Of a DNA stretch of 64,000 nt, positions 48,670 to 58,553 are shown piece by piece. The notes under the pieces were generated by a model, which saw only the letters and a list, made by a program, of their open reading frames with translations, had not been told where the DNA came from and did no database searches. How positions within the stretch are numbered: position 1 is the stretch's first letter; each line of letters opens with the position of its first letter. The DNA comes from Longimicrobiales bacterium (GTDB taxonomy: Bacteria; Gemmatimonadota; Gemmatimonadetes; Longimicrobiales; Gaopeijiaceae). The position numbers were made by a program, and so were the translations under genes. The DNA lies in the NCBI GenBank assembly GCA_965202805.1, contig OZ241869.1:2112001-2176000 (forward strand), written 5' to 3'.

Positions 48670-51213
48670 ATGAAATTATTCGCATCGATTGCGTTCGTGG
48701 CGGGCATCTGGATCGCGGCTGCCGGCACGGGCGATTCCGGACGCGCCCTCTCGACGTTCCATCCCGGAGATGCCGATGATGGGGCCGCGCAAGTCCCGGC
48801 GCACAACACGTCAGGACCGGCCGGCGAAGCCCTCTCTCCAGCTCCGGCCGCGAACGCGCCCGTTGCCGCTCATCTGCCCGCCGCCAACCTCGCCAACGTC
48901 GTTCAGCGCTACTGCCAGGTCTGCCACAACGACGCGCTCCTCACCGGCAACCTCTCCCTCGCCGGCTTCGACATCGACAACCTGGCCGCGCGCGCCGAGA
49001 CCGTGGAGAAGATGATCCTCAAGCTGCGCGCGGGGATGATGCCCCCACCGGGGATGCCCCGCCCTGTCGGCGACACGCTGGAGCTGCTGGTCACCACGCT
49101 CGAGGATCGCATGGACGCCGCCTTCGCGGCCGACCCCAATCCCGGAACCCGTTCCTTCCAGCGCCTGAACCGCGCCGAGTACGAACGCTCGGTCAAGGAC
49201 CTGCTCGATCTCGACATCGACGCCGGCGAGTACCTCCCGCTCGATACCAAGAGCGCGAACTTCGACAACATCGCCGACGCACAGATGCTCTCGCCCACCT
49301 TGCTGGAAGCCTACCTGAACGGGGCGAGCGACATCGCGCGGATGGCGCTGGGCGACGCGGCCGCCACTGCGAGCGAGACCCAGTACCAGGTCTCCCGCTG
49401 GGCTTCGCAGACCGAGCGGGTCGAAGGCGCCCCCTATGGAACGCGCGGCGGCCTCAGCGTCGAGCACAACTTCCCGGCCGACGGTGAATACGTCTTCCGG
49501 GTCTCGTTCCACCACGAAACCACCGGCACCCTGGTCGGCAACGGGCGCAACGCTCTGCACACCGACGAGTCCCCGGAGCAACTCGAGATCTCCATCGACG
49601 GCGAACGGGTGGCGGTCCTCGAACTCGACCGCTGGATGCACGTCTCCGATCCGAACGGCGTCGAGATGCGCACCGAACCGGTTTTCGTGCGCTCCGGCAA
49701 CCACCGGGTGACCGCGGCCTTCCTGAAGCACGCGGAAGGCCCGGTCCAGGACCTCATCTCCCCGCACGACTGGTCGCTCGCGAGCACCGCCATCGCCGGC
49801 ACCTACGGCCTGCTGGCGCTGCCGCACCTGCGCGACCTGGTCATCGGCGGCCCCTTCAACCCCACCGGGGTGTCGGAGACCGCCAGCCGCCGGGCCATCT
49901 TCACCTGCCGGCCCACGGACCCTTCGGAAGAGACCGCCTGCGCGACCGAGATCATCTCCCGCCTGGGGCAGAAGGCGTTCCGGCGGCCGCTGGTCGACGA
50001 GGACATGACCGCGCTGATGGCGTTCTTCCGCACCGGCGCCGAGGAGGGCGGTTTCGAGGCGGGCATCGGTACCGCGCTCGAAGCCATGCTCGCGAGCCCG
50101 CATTTCGTCTTCCGCTTCGAGGAACCGCCTGCGAACACCGCTGCCGACCAGGGATATCGGATCCGCGACATCGACCTCGCCGCGCGCCTCTCCTTCTTCC
50201 TGTGGGGCACCTCGCCGGACGAGGAACTGACGGAGCTGGCCGTGGATGGCCGGCTGTCGGATCCGGCGGTGCTCGACGCCCAGGTGACGCGCATGCTCGG
50301 CGATCCGCGCGCCGAGGCGCTGGGGACGCGCTTTGCGGCTCAGTGGCTGCGGCTCCAGGACCTCGAGAAGATCAATCCCGACGTCCGCCTGCAGCCCGAC
50401 TTCTACCAGCAGCTGCGCCAGTCGATGCTCCGCGAGACCGAGCTCTTCTTCTACAATCTGGTCCTGGAAGACCGCAGCGTTTTCGATCTGTACAGCGCCG
50501 ACTACACCTTCGTGGACGAACGGCTGGCGCGGCACTACGGCATCCCGGATGTGGCCGGCGACCATTTCCGGCGCGTGAACTACCCGGATGACCGCCGGCG
50601 CGGCCTCTTCGGCCACGGGAGCATCCTCACGCTGACCTCACACGCCGGCCGCACCTCCCCCGTCCTGCGCGGCAAGTGGGTCATGGAGGTGCTGCTCGGC
50701 ACGCCGCCGCCACCGCCGCCGCCGGGCGTGCCCGACCTGGAGGAGACCGAGGAATCGGAGGGCGGCCGCATGCTCACCACGCGCGAACGCATGGCGATGC
50801 ACGCCGCCAACCCGGTGTGCAACGCATGCCACCAGTTCATGGATCCGATCGGTCTCGCCCTCGACAACTTCGGGGTCTCGGGCAAGTGGCGGATTCGCGA
50901 GAACGGCATGCCCCTGGACACCCGGGGGACGTTCTACGACACGACCCCCGTCTCGACCCCGGCCGAACTGCAGCAGGCGCTGCTGAAGCGTCCCGAACCG
51001 CTGATCCGCACCTTCACCGCCAACCTGATGGCGTACGCGCTGGGGCGGCGCGTGGAGTACTACGATCAGCCGCGCGTCCGGGCCATCGTGCGCGAAGCCG
51101 AGCAACAGGACTACCGCATCTCGGCGTTCATCCGTGGCGTCATCGAAAGCGATGCCTTCCAGATGAGCGGACCCGAGCCCGCGGTCGCGGAGAGCCAGGG
51201 AGAGTCCCGATAG
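48670..51213 (+). CDS. DUF1592 (PSD) protein with two c-heme motifs, copy B
   Basis: Same motif order as copy A: CQVCH, MMPPPG, RLNRAEY, TSPVLRGKWV, CNACH, YALGR. Confidence 0.88.
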   Translation: MKLFASIAFVAGIWIAAAGTGDSGRALSTFHPGDADDGAAQVPAHNTSGPAGEALSPAPAANAPVAAHLPAANLANVVQRYCQVCHNDALLTGNLSLAGFDIDNLAARAETVEKMILKLRAGMMPPPGMPRPVGDTLELLVTTLEDRMDAAFAADPNPGTRSFQRLNRAEYERSVKDLLDLDIDAGEYLPLDTKSANFDNIADAQMLSPTLLEAYLNGASDIARMALGDAAATASETQYQVSRWASQTERVEGAPYGTRGGLSVEHNFPADGEYVFRVSFHHETTGTLVGNGRNALHTDESPEQLEISIDGERVAVLELDRWMHVSDPNGVEMRTEPVFVRSGNHRVTAAFLKHAEGPVQDLISPHDWSLASTAIAGTYGLLALPHLRDLVIGGPFNPTGVSETASRRAIFTCRPTDPSEETACATEIISRLGQKAFRRPLVDEDMTALMAFFRTGAEEGGFEAGIGTALEAMLASPHFVFRFEEPPANTAADQGYRIRDIDLAARLSFFLWGTSPDEELTELAVDGRLSDPAVLDAQVTRMLGDPRAEALGTRFAAQWLRLQDLEKINPDVRLQPDFYQQLRQSMLRETELFFYNLVLEDRSVFDLYSADYTFVDERLARHYGIPDVAGDHFRRVNYPDDRRRGLFGHGSILTLTSHAGRTSPVLRGKWVMEVLLGTPPPPPPPGVPDLEETEESEGGRMLTTRERMAMHAANPVCNACHQFMDPIGLALDNFGVSGKWRIRENGMPLDTRGTFYDTTPVSTPAELQQALLKRPEPLIRTFTANLMAYALGRRVEYYDQPRVRAIVREAEQQDYRISAFIRGVIESDAFQMSGPEPAVAESQGESR

Positions 51214-51318
51214 CGAGAACCCAGATGATGCTCGCGTGATCGCGAGCTACGCAGCCGGCCCCGGAGGGCCGTGCGACAAGACAGCTGACCGACCGTCATA
51301 CCACGAGTGGAGATCTCG

Positions 51319-52737
51319 ATGCACTTCATTACCGGAAAGCACATCCCCCGGCGGACCTTCCTGCGCGGTATGGGCGCCACCGTGGCACTGCCCATGCTCG
51401 ACGCCATGATTCCGGCGGGCCGCACCTGGTCGAGGGCGGCCCGAAACGACGATCCCACCCGGCTCATCGCCATCGAGATCGTCCATGGGTCGGCCGGCGC
51501 CAACGAGTGGGGCGCCACCCAGAACCTCTGGTCCCCCGCCGCCACGGGGAGCGACTTCGACCTGGGCCCCAGTTCGCTCGCCCCGCTGGAGCGCTATCGC
51601 GACTACCTCACCATCTTCAGCAACACCGACGTCGCGAACGCCGAGGCCTACCAGCCCAAGGAGATCGGCGGCGACCACTTCCGGTCGAGCGCCGTCTTTC
51701 TCACGCAGGCCCATCCCAAGCAGACCGAGGCCTCCGACGTCTACGTCGGCACCTCGCTCGACCAGCTGCACGCCCAGCGCTTCGGGCAGGACACGCCGAT
51801 CCCGTCCATGCAGCTCTGCATCGAGAACGTCGATCAGGCCGGCGGGTGCGCATACGGTTACGCCTGCGTCTACACCGACACCATCAGCTGGGCCTCCCCC
51901 ACCGAGCCGCTGCCGATGATCCGCGATCCGCGCATCGCCTTCGACCAGCTCTTCGGGGCGGGCGGCACCGCGGAGGAGCGCGCCGCCCGGCGCCGCACCA
52001 GCCGCAGCATCCTGGACTGGATCGCCCGCGACGTGGCCCGGCTGAAGCAGGAGCTCCGGCCCTCGGACCGGCAGCGCATCGACCAGTACCTTGAGAACGT
52101 GCGCGAGATCGAGCGCCGCATCGAGCGCATCGAGGCCCACAACACCAGCGGAGAACCGAGGGAACTCCCCGAAGCCCCGGCCGGGGTTCCGGACTCCTTC
52201 ACCGAGCACGTCGAGACGATGTTCGACCTGCAGGCGCTGGCCTTCGCCTCCGACATGACGCGGGTCTTCTCCTTCAAGCTGGGGAGAGATGCCTCCTCGC
52301 GGGTCTATCCCGAGAGCGGCACCGACAAGCCCTTCCACCCGGCGTCGCACCACGGCGGCAATCCGCAGGGCGTCCTCGACTTCGCCACCATCAACAAGTA
52401 CCACGTGAGCATGCTGCCGTACCTCATGGACCGCCTGCGCGAGAACATGGAGGGCGACACCCATCTGCTCGACAAGACGATGATCGTCTACGGCTCGCCG
52501 ATGGCGGACGGAAACCTGCACAACCACCGCAGGTGCCCGCTGATCACCCTGGGCGGCGCCAACGGCAAGCTCCAGGGCAACCTGCATCTCAAGGCCCCCG
52601 ACGGGACGCCCATGGCCAACGTCATGCTGAGCCTGCTGCACGCGCTCGGTCACGAGGACCGGACCAGCTTCGGGGACAGCACCAGCGCATTCCCCCTGGG
52701 GATGCCGGGCATGGCGGCGGCCCAGAGCAGATCCTGA
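51319..52737 (+). CDS. DUF1552 (HXXSHH) Tat-exported protein, copy B
   Basis: PRRTFLRG, GGCAYGYACVYTDTISW, FHPASHH, GNLHNH. Confidence 0.88.
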   Translation: MHFITGKHIPRRTFLRGMGATVALPMLDAMIPAGRTWSRAARNDDPTRLIAIEIVHGSAGANEWGATQNLWSPAATGSDFDLGPSSLAPLERYRDYLTIFSNTDVANAEAYQPKEIGGDHFRSSAVFLTQAHPKQTEASDVYVGTSLDQLHAQRFGQDTPIPSMQLCIENVDQAGGCAYGYACVYTDTISWASPTEPLPMIRDPRIAFDQLFGAGGTAEERAARRRTSRSILDWIARDVARLKQELRPSDRQRIDQYLENVREIERRIERIEAHNTSGEPRELPEAPAGVPDSFTEHVETMFDLQALAFASDMTRVFSFKLGRDASSRVYPESGTDKPFHPASHHGGNPQGVLDFATINKYHVSMLPYLMDRLRENMEGDTHLLDKTMIVYGSPMADGNLHNHRRCPLITLGGANGKLQGNLHLKAPDGTPMANVMLSLLHALGHEDRTSFGDSTSAFPLGMPGMAAAQSRS

Positions 52738-52776
52738 GGCCCATACCTGGGGCGACCGCCCAGAGCAGGTCCTGAG
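52720..52776 (+). repeat. 19-bp direct repeat (1 mismatch, period 38) duplicating the DUF1552-B stop region
   Basis: GCCCAGAGCAGATCCTGAG (52720-52738) and GCCCAGAGCAGGTCCTGAG (52758-52776). Confidence 0.8.
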
Positions 52777-52806
52777 AACGAGCGCATTCCGATGGAGAGG
52801 AAGGCG

Positions 52807-54567
52807 ATGAGACAGCTTCCGCGCACGATTGCCACCTTGATGCTGACCCTCGTGGTCCTGGCCGCCGCGCCACCGCAGGACTCCCCGGTCGCCGACGCCG
52901 CCATGCGCGGCGATCTGGCGCTGGTGCGCTCGCTCATCAACCAGGGTGCCGACGTCAACGGTGCCCAGGGCGATGGCATGACCGCGCTGCACTGGGCGGC
53001 CGAGAACGGCAGCGCCGCCACGGCCGATCTGCTCCTCAGCGCCGGCGCGAACCTGTCCGCGGTCACCCGGCTCGGTGGCTACACCCCGCTGCACCTGGCC
53101 GCCAAGGCCGGAAGCGCGGAGGTGGTGCGTGTGTTCCTGGAGGCCGGAGCGGACCCGCGCGCGGCCACCACCACCGGGGGCGCCACCGCGCTGCACTTCG
53201 CCGCCGCAGCCGGAAACGGCCACGCCGTAACGGAACTGATCGAGCACGGCGCCGACCCGAACGCGGTGGAATCCGCCTGGGGCCAGACGCCCCTCATGTT
53301 CGCGGCGGCGTCCGACCGCGCCGGAGCCATCCACGCCCTCATGGACGGCGGGGCGGATCCCTCCGCCACCGCCCGCGTGATCGACATCGCGGCGCGCGAC
53401 GGTGAGGACCGGGAAGCACAGCGCCGCCGCGACGAGCGGGTCGCGGCGCTCCAGCAGCTACAGGGCGGAAGCGGTGGCGGTCGCCCGGCCCGGGCACAGC
53501 CCGATCCCACGGTCAGCACCCTCCTGAACCCGGACGAGCCGCCGCCTTCGCTGGCGCGCGACCGCGACCGGACGGTGCCCCAGCCGCTCTCCCACGCAGA
53601 CCTGGTCGGACACTACGGCGGGCTCACCGCGCTGCTGATGGCCGTGCGCGACGGCCGGCGCGCCGCCGCCGAGGCCCTCCTCGACCGCGGCGCCGACATC
53701 GACCGGGTGAGCGCCGGCGACCATACCAGCCCGCTCCTCATGGCCACCCTGAACGGGCACTTCGACCTCGCCGCCGTCCTCTTCGACCGCGGCGCGGATT
53801 TCACCCTGGCGAGCGATGCCGGAGCGACCCCCCTGTACGCGGTACTCAACACCCAGTGGATCCCCAAGTCGCGCCATCCGCAGCCGACCGACTACACCCA
53901 GCAGGAAACCACCTACCTGGATTTGATGGAGGCCTTCCTCGAGGCCGGCGCCAACCCCAACGTGCGCCTCCACAAGACCCTGTGGTACACGGAATTCGGC
54001 CGCAGCTTCCTGAGCGTCGACCGCATGGGCGCAACGCCCTTCTGGCGCGCGGCGTTCGCGCTGGACGTCACGGCGATGAAGCTGCTGGTCGCGCACGGGG
54101 CCGATCCCCACATCCCCACGGTAAACGCCCCCCGGCGCTTCCGCCGCGGCGGCCGCACCGACATGTCCGGACTGCCTCCCGTCCCGATCGGCGGACCGGG
54201 TTCCTGGCCCATCCACGCGGCGTCGGGCATCACCTACGGCGAAGGGTTCGCCGCGAACGTCCACCGGCACGTACCCGAGGCGTGGCTTCCCGCAGTACGC
54301 TATCTGGTTGAGGAACTGGGCGCCGACGTAAACGCCCGCGACCGCAACGGTTACAACGCCGTGCACCACGCCGCCGCCCGCGGAGACAACGAGCTGATCC
54401 TGTACCTGGTCAGCAAGGGCGCCGACGTCACCGCGGTAAGCCGGAGCGGCCAGACCACCGCCGACATGGCCAACGGCCCGGTACAGCGCATCCTGCCCTT
54501 CCCCGAGACGGTCGAACTGCTGGAGTCGCTCGGATCCCACAACAACAACAACTGCGTAGCCTGCTGA
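52807..54567 (+). CDS. Secreted ankyrin-repeat protein with C-terminal CxxC, copy B
   Basis: Signal peptide, DSPVADAAMRGD, ankyrin repeats; ends NNNNCVAC. Confidence 0.92.
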   Translation: MRQLPRTIATLMLTLVVLAAAPPQDSPVADAAMRGDLALVRSLINQGADVNGAQGDGMTALHWAAENGSAATADLLLSAGANLSAVTRLGGYTPLHLAAKAGSAEVVRVFLEAGADPRAATTTGGATALHFAAAAGNGHAVTELIEHGADPNAVESAWGQTPLMFAAASDRAGAIHALMDGGADPSATARVIDIAARDGEDREAQRRRDERVAALQQLQGGSGGGRPARAQPDPTVSTLLNPDEPPPSLARDRDRTVPQPLSHADLVGHYGGLTALLMAVRDGRRAAAEALLDRGADIDRVSAGDHTSPLLMATLNGHFDLAAVLFDRGADFTLASDAGATPLYAVLNTQWIPKSRHPQPTDYTQQETTYLDLMEAFLEAGANPNVRLHKTLWYTEFGRSFLSVDRMGATPFWRAAFALDVTAMKLLVAHGADPHIPTVNAPRRFRRGGRTDMSGLPPVPIGGPGSWPIHAASGITYGEGFAANVHRHVPEAWLPAVRYLVEELGADVNARDRNGYNAVHHAAARGDNELILYLVSKGADVTAVSRSGQTTADMANGPVQRILPFPETVELLESLGSHNNNNCVAC

Positions 54568-54619
54568 CCCCGGGGGGCCTCACTGGAGGCTCTCGGACAA
54601 CGGCAGAAGGAGCAATTGA

Positions 54620-55129
54620 ATGAGTGAAGCCACGTTTGTCCTGCGCCCGTGCCTCAAGCTCGCGGCTCTGTCCGTGTTTCTCCTCGCCGCCGGAGGGTGC
54701 TTCTCCTATTCGACGGTGCCGCTGGAGACGATCGCCCCCGACCAGCAGGCGCGCCTGGTCCTCGACCAGGATGCCTTCGGACGTGTGATGAACCAGGCCG
54801 CAGTCGAGGGCTTCCCGGTCCAGATGATGAACCTGTCGGGCAACCGCATCAGCGGCCGGGTGGCGGGCGTCTCCTCCGACGCGCTCACCATCCAGTTGCG
54901 CGGCGCCGGCTCTTCGGTGCTGACGACCCAGGTCGCAACCCGGTCGATTCAAGAGGCCGCACTTCGTCAGTTCGACAGCAGAAACACAGTCCTCACCATT
55001 GGTGCGGGCCTAGGTGCTGCCGCCCTGATGATCCAGGGAGGCGTGATCCCGGCAGGTGGTACGGAAAGCCCGGATGACAATCCGGAGAACATGGTCGGCC
55101 TGCGCCTTTTTTCCATCTCCGTGCCCTGA
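54620..55129 (+). CDS. Hypothetical lipoprotein upstream of susC-B
   Basis: Lipobox-like GGC-FSY, C-terminal hydrophobic helix, AAGGAG RBS. Confidence 0.72.
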   Translation: MSEATFVLRPCLKLAALSVFLLAAGGCFSYSTVPLETIAPDQQARLVLDQDAFGRVMNQAAVEGFPVQMMNLSGNRISGRVAGVSSDALTIQLRGAGSSVLTTQVATRSIQEAALRQFDSRNTVLTIGAGLGAAALMIQGGVIPAGGTESPDDNPENMVGLRLFSISVP

Positions 55130-55366
55130 CGGCGAACCGCGGTCCGGCCACGAGGCGTCGTTTCTCGCCGGTCGCGCCGCCCGACGAAACGGTCACCCCT
55201 TGCGCGTCACACGAGAGGGCTTCATTCTGATCGGGTTGCACCCGGTAACCGGGCAGGGCTGTGTGCGCTTTTCAGACACGGGCTCATGCGCTGGCCCGGT
55301 CCCGGAGGGGGCGGAGGGGATTGTAAACCGGTGGCAGGAACGCCACCCCAGAGGAAGGAGAGTGTT

Positions 55367-58300
55367 ATGCGAGTCATCCGGCTACTAACCCTTACTCTGC
55401 TGCTCGGGGCCACGTCGTGGTCGTTCGCGGAGGCTCAGGTGCCCGCGAACAGCGATGTTGGCGCCCAAGCGGTGGACAGGGCCGCCAGATCCCTTGGCGA
55501 CGCCCTGGGAATCCGCGTCACGGAGGCGACTCCGATCGTGGGTTCGCTGACCGGACTGGTGACCGACGCCGGCTCCGGTCGTCCTTTGTCCGCTGCCCAG
55601 GTGTTCATTGAGGGCACCGGCCTCGGCGGTCTTACCAACGCTTCGGGACGGTACCTCATCATCAACGTCCCGGCGGGCACCCACACCCTGCGCGTCGAGT
55701 TGATCGGCTACACCGCATCGTCGCAGGAAGTGACCGTGGCCGACGATCAGGCGACGACGGCCGACTTCGGGCTGAACGAAGAGGTCATCGACTTCGATGA
55801 GATCGTCGTCACCGGGACCGCGGGCCAGGCCCGCCGCCGCGAGGTCGGCAATGCGATCGAGCAGATCAACATCGCCGAGGTCGCCGAGCCCGTGAACGAT
55901 GTCGGTCAGCTCCTGCAGGCTCGTGTGTCGGGCGCGCGGATTCAGTTCAGTTCCGGGAACTCCGGTTCCGGCGCCGACATCCGACTTCGCGGCAACGTGA
56001 GCACCGCGCTCAGCAACCAGCCCCTCATCTACATCGACGGGATGCGCGCCAAGAGCGAGCCGACTTCGAGCCAGAACGGCGCTGAGGACCCCTACAGCCC
56101 TCTGAACGATCTGAACCCCGACGACATCGATCGCATCGAGGTCATCAAGGGGCCTGCAGCCACGACCCTCTACGGCACCGAGGCCGCAGCTGGCGTGATC
56201 CAGATCTTCACCAAGCAGGGCGGTCAGGGCGCTCCGCAGTGGACCGGAGAAGTGCAGCAGGGCTTTTCCTACTTCCGCCCCTTCGCCACCGACGAAGTGC
56301 CCTACCTTTGGCTGGACCAGGTCTTCCGCAAGGGGCACCGGCAGCGCTACTCCATGCAGGTACGGGGAGGCACGGGTGATGTCGGCTACTTCGTGTCCGC
56401 AGCCTGGAACGACAACGTCGGTGCCGTTGAAACCGATGGCGAGACCAAGATGAACCTTCGTGCGAACACGACGTTCCGCCCGCACGAGGACGTGCTCATC
56501 CAGTTCAACAACACGCTGGCGCGCACGGATCTGCAGCAGGCCCAGATGGGCAATTCCGTCACTTCGATCATGATGACCGCCATCCGCGGCCCCCGGAACT
56601 ACATGGCTGGCCTTCGCGACCAGGAGACACTCCGCCTCCTCCTCACGGAGTCCTACAAGAACCAGATTACGCGCGCGGTCACCGGGTTGACGGTCAACTA
56701 CACCCCGGGCTCCGACTTCACGCACCGGCTGACCCTCGGATACGACTACTCCCAGGACGACCACTTCAACGATCAGCAGCACTGCTGGCTCTGTCCCATC
56801 GGGATCATGAGCGACTTCTCCGACTACATTCAGGGCGGAGAGCAGCGGCGGAGCATGTCGCAGAACACGGTCGTAAGCTTCGACTATATCGGAACTTGGG
56901 GCTTCAACCTCACGGACAACATTCGCAGCACGCTGTCGTTCGGCGCGCAGGGCGTCGAGAACGAGATCGAGAACACCGAGAACGTGGTCCGCCATTACCC
57001 GGGTCCGGGAGACTTCACGCTTTCGATCGGCGCGACACGCCAGAGCATCAGTCAGAATCGACTGCGCATCATCACCGGCGGTTTCTTCCTGCAGGACCAG
57101 ATCGGGATCAGCGACAAGTACTTCTTGACCCTCGGTGCCCGTGTCGACGGGAACAGCGCTTTCGGTGAGCAGGTCGGCTTCGCGCTCTTCGGCGACGACT
57201 TCCGCTTCGATGTCTATCCAAAGGTCAGCGCCTCCTACGTCGTCTCCGACGAGGGCTTCTGGCCCGAGGCCTTAGGCCAGGTGAAGTTCCGCGGCGCCTA
57301 CGGCCTCGCAGGCCGGGCGCCCGGCGCCTTCGACAAGGTACGCACCTGGAGCGCCATCGGTTACGGTACGGGCGGAGCGCAGGCCTACTGGCCCTCGCGC
57401 CCCGGCAACGACGCACTCGGGCCCGAGCGCACCACCGAGTACGAGTTCGGAATGGACGGTGCCTGGCTCAACGGCCGCTTCAGCGCCGAGGTCACCTACT
57501 ATCACCAGACCACCTCCGACGCCCTCTTCAACGTCGCCTCGCCCGACAGCGAGGGGAACTGGTCCTCACAGCTCACCAACGTCGGCAAGCTGCAGAACAA
57601 GGGTTACGAGATCATGACCAACACGACCGTGCTCGACACGCGTTCGTTCCGTTGGGATCTCGGCCTCGGTCTCGCCACCAACTTCAGCGAGACGCTTGAT
57701 CTCGGCGGCGCCGCCCCGTTCGGCGTCGGCGAGTACGGATGGGTGATCGAGGGCCATCCGGTGCCCGTGCTGAACGCCTACCGGGTCATGAACCACAACG
57801 AATTGGCCGATCCGATCTTCTCCGATGGACGCGTCCCCTACGGCCCGACCAACCCGCCGTACATGTATACGGGAAGCATGTCCTTCGACCTGCCGGGCGG
57901 TATCAGCCTGTCCGCGCGCGGGGAGTACCTCCGCGGAGGCTGGATCTCCAACTACTTCGAGGCAGGTGCCACCGGGCGCACCATCGCCCACCCCAAGTGC
58001 TACGACGCCTACCGCAAGGTCGACGCGAACTGGCAGCCGGGCGAGCTCGGCTCCGAGCCCGGACCCACGTGGCCGGGCAGCCGTCCTGCGGACATGTACG
58101 CCTGGGAAGCTGCGCAGTGCTTCGGCATGCGGCGGTATGACTACGCCAACTCCGAGTCCGACTTCGCAGAACTCCGCGACGTGACGCTGGCGATTCCGAT
58201 CTCGAGCCTGCTGCCCAGCTTGACCGGGTGGGCGAGCCGGGCCGACCTGACGATCTCCGGCCGTAACGTGGCCTTCTGGACCCACAAGAACCTGATTACG

Positions 58301-58438
58301 GGCCACCCGGAGCAGAACGAGAACAGCCCCTGGACCCAGGGTGGAACCGGCGAGTTCCGGCACGACCTGGTCAAGGGCATCGACGAGACGCTCCCGCCGG
58401 TTTCCTACTTCACTGTTTCGCTTCGGGCGATCTTCTGA
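55367..58438 (+). CDS. susC: SusC/RagA-like TonB-dependent transporter, copy B
   Basis: EIVVTGTAGQARRREVG, IRLRGNVS, DLNPDDIDRIEVIKGPAATTLYGTEAAAGVIQIFTK, ARVDGNSAFG, LGPERT; C-terminal Phe. AAGGAG RBS. Confidence 0.92.
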   Translation: MRVIRLLTLTLLLGATSWSFAEAQVPANSDVGAQAVDRAARSLGDALGIRVTEATPIVGSLTGLVTDAGSGRPLSAAQVFIEGTGLGGLTNASGRYLIINVPAGTHTLRVELIGYTASSQEVTVADDQATTADFGLNEEVIDFDEIVVTGTAGQARRREVGNAIEQINIAEVAEPVNDVGQLLQARVSGARIQFSSGNSGSGADIRLRGNVSTALSNQPLIYIDGMRAKSEPTSSQNGAEDPYSPLNDLNPDDIDRIEVIKGPAATTLYGTEAAAGVIQIFTKQGGQGAPQWTGEVQQGFSYFRPFATDEVPYLWLDQVFRKGHRQRYSMQVRGGTGDVGYFVSAAWNDNVGAVETDGETKMNLRANTTFRPHEDVLIQFNNTLARTDLQQAQMGNSVTSIMMTAIRGPRNYMAGLRDQETLRLLLTESYKNQITRAVTGLTVNYTPGSDFTHRLTLGYDYSQDDHFNDQQHCWLCPIGIMSDFSDYIQGGEQRRSMSQNTVVSFDYIGTWGFNLTDNIRSTLSFGAQGVENEIENTENVVRHYPGPGDFTLSIGATRQSISQNRLRIITGGFFLQDQIGISDKYFLTLGARVDGNSAFGEQVGFALFGDDFRFDVYPKVSASYVVSDEGFWPEALGQVKFRGAYGLAGRAPGAFDKVRTWSAIGYGTGGAQAYWPSRPGNDALGPERTTEYEFGMDGAWLNGRFSAEVTYYHQTTSDALFNVASPDSEGNWSSQLTNVGKLQNKGYEIMTNTTVLDTRSFRWDLGLGLATNFSETLDLGGAAPFGVGEYGWVIEGHPVPVLNAYRVMNHNELADPIFSDGRVPYGPTNPPYMYTGSMSFDLPGGISLSARGEYLRGGWISNYFEAGATGRTIAHPKCYDAYRKVDANWQPGELGSEPGPTWPGSRPADMYAWEAAQCFGMRRYDYANSESDFAELRDVTLAIPISSLLPSLTGWASRADLTISGRNVAFWTHKNLITGHPEQNENSPWTQGGTGEFRHDLVKGIDETLPPVSYFTVSLRAIF

Positions 58439-58446
58439 TCGTCCAT

Positions 58447-58498
58447 CCCCGAGGTCCCAACCGCCGCCGGAACCGGAGGCGGTTGGGGGGCCTCGGGG
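58447..58498 (+). other. Long intercistronic stem-loop between susC-B and susD-B
   Basis: CCCCGAGG..AACCGCC.CCGG pairs with CCGG.GGCGGTT..CCTCGGGG. No U-tract. Confidence 0.65.
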
Positions 58499-58553
58499 CT
58501 GAACGAGACGGTTTGCAAGTTACGGATACCGAAAGGCAAGGAGGATAAGAAGA

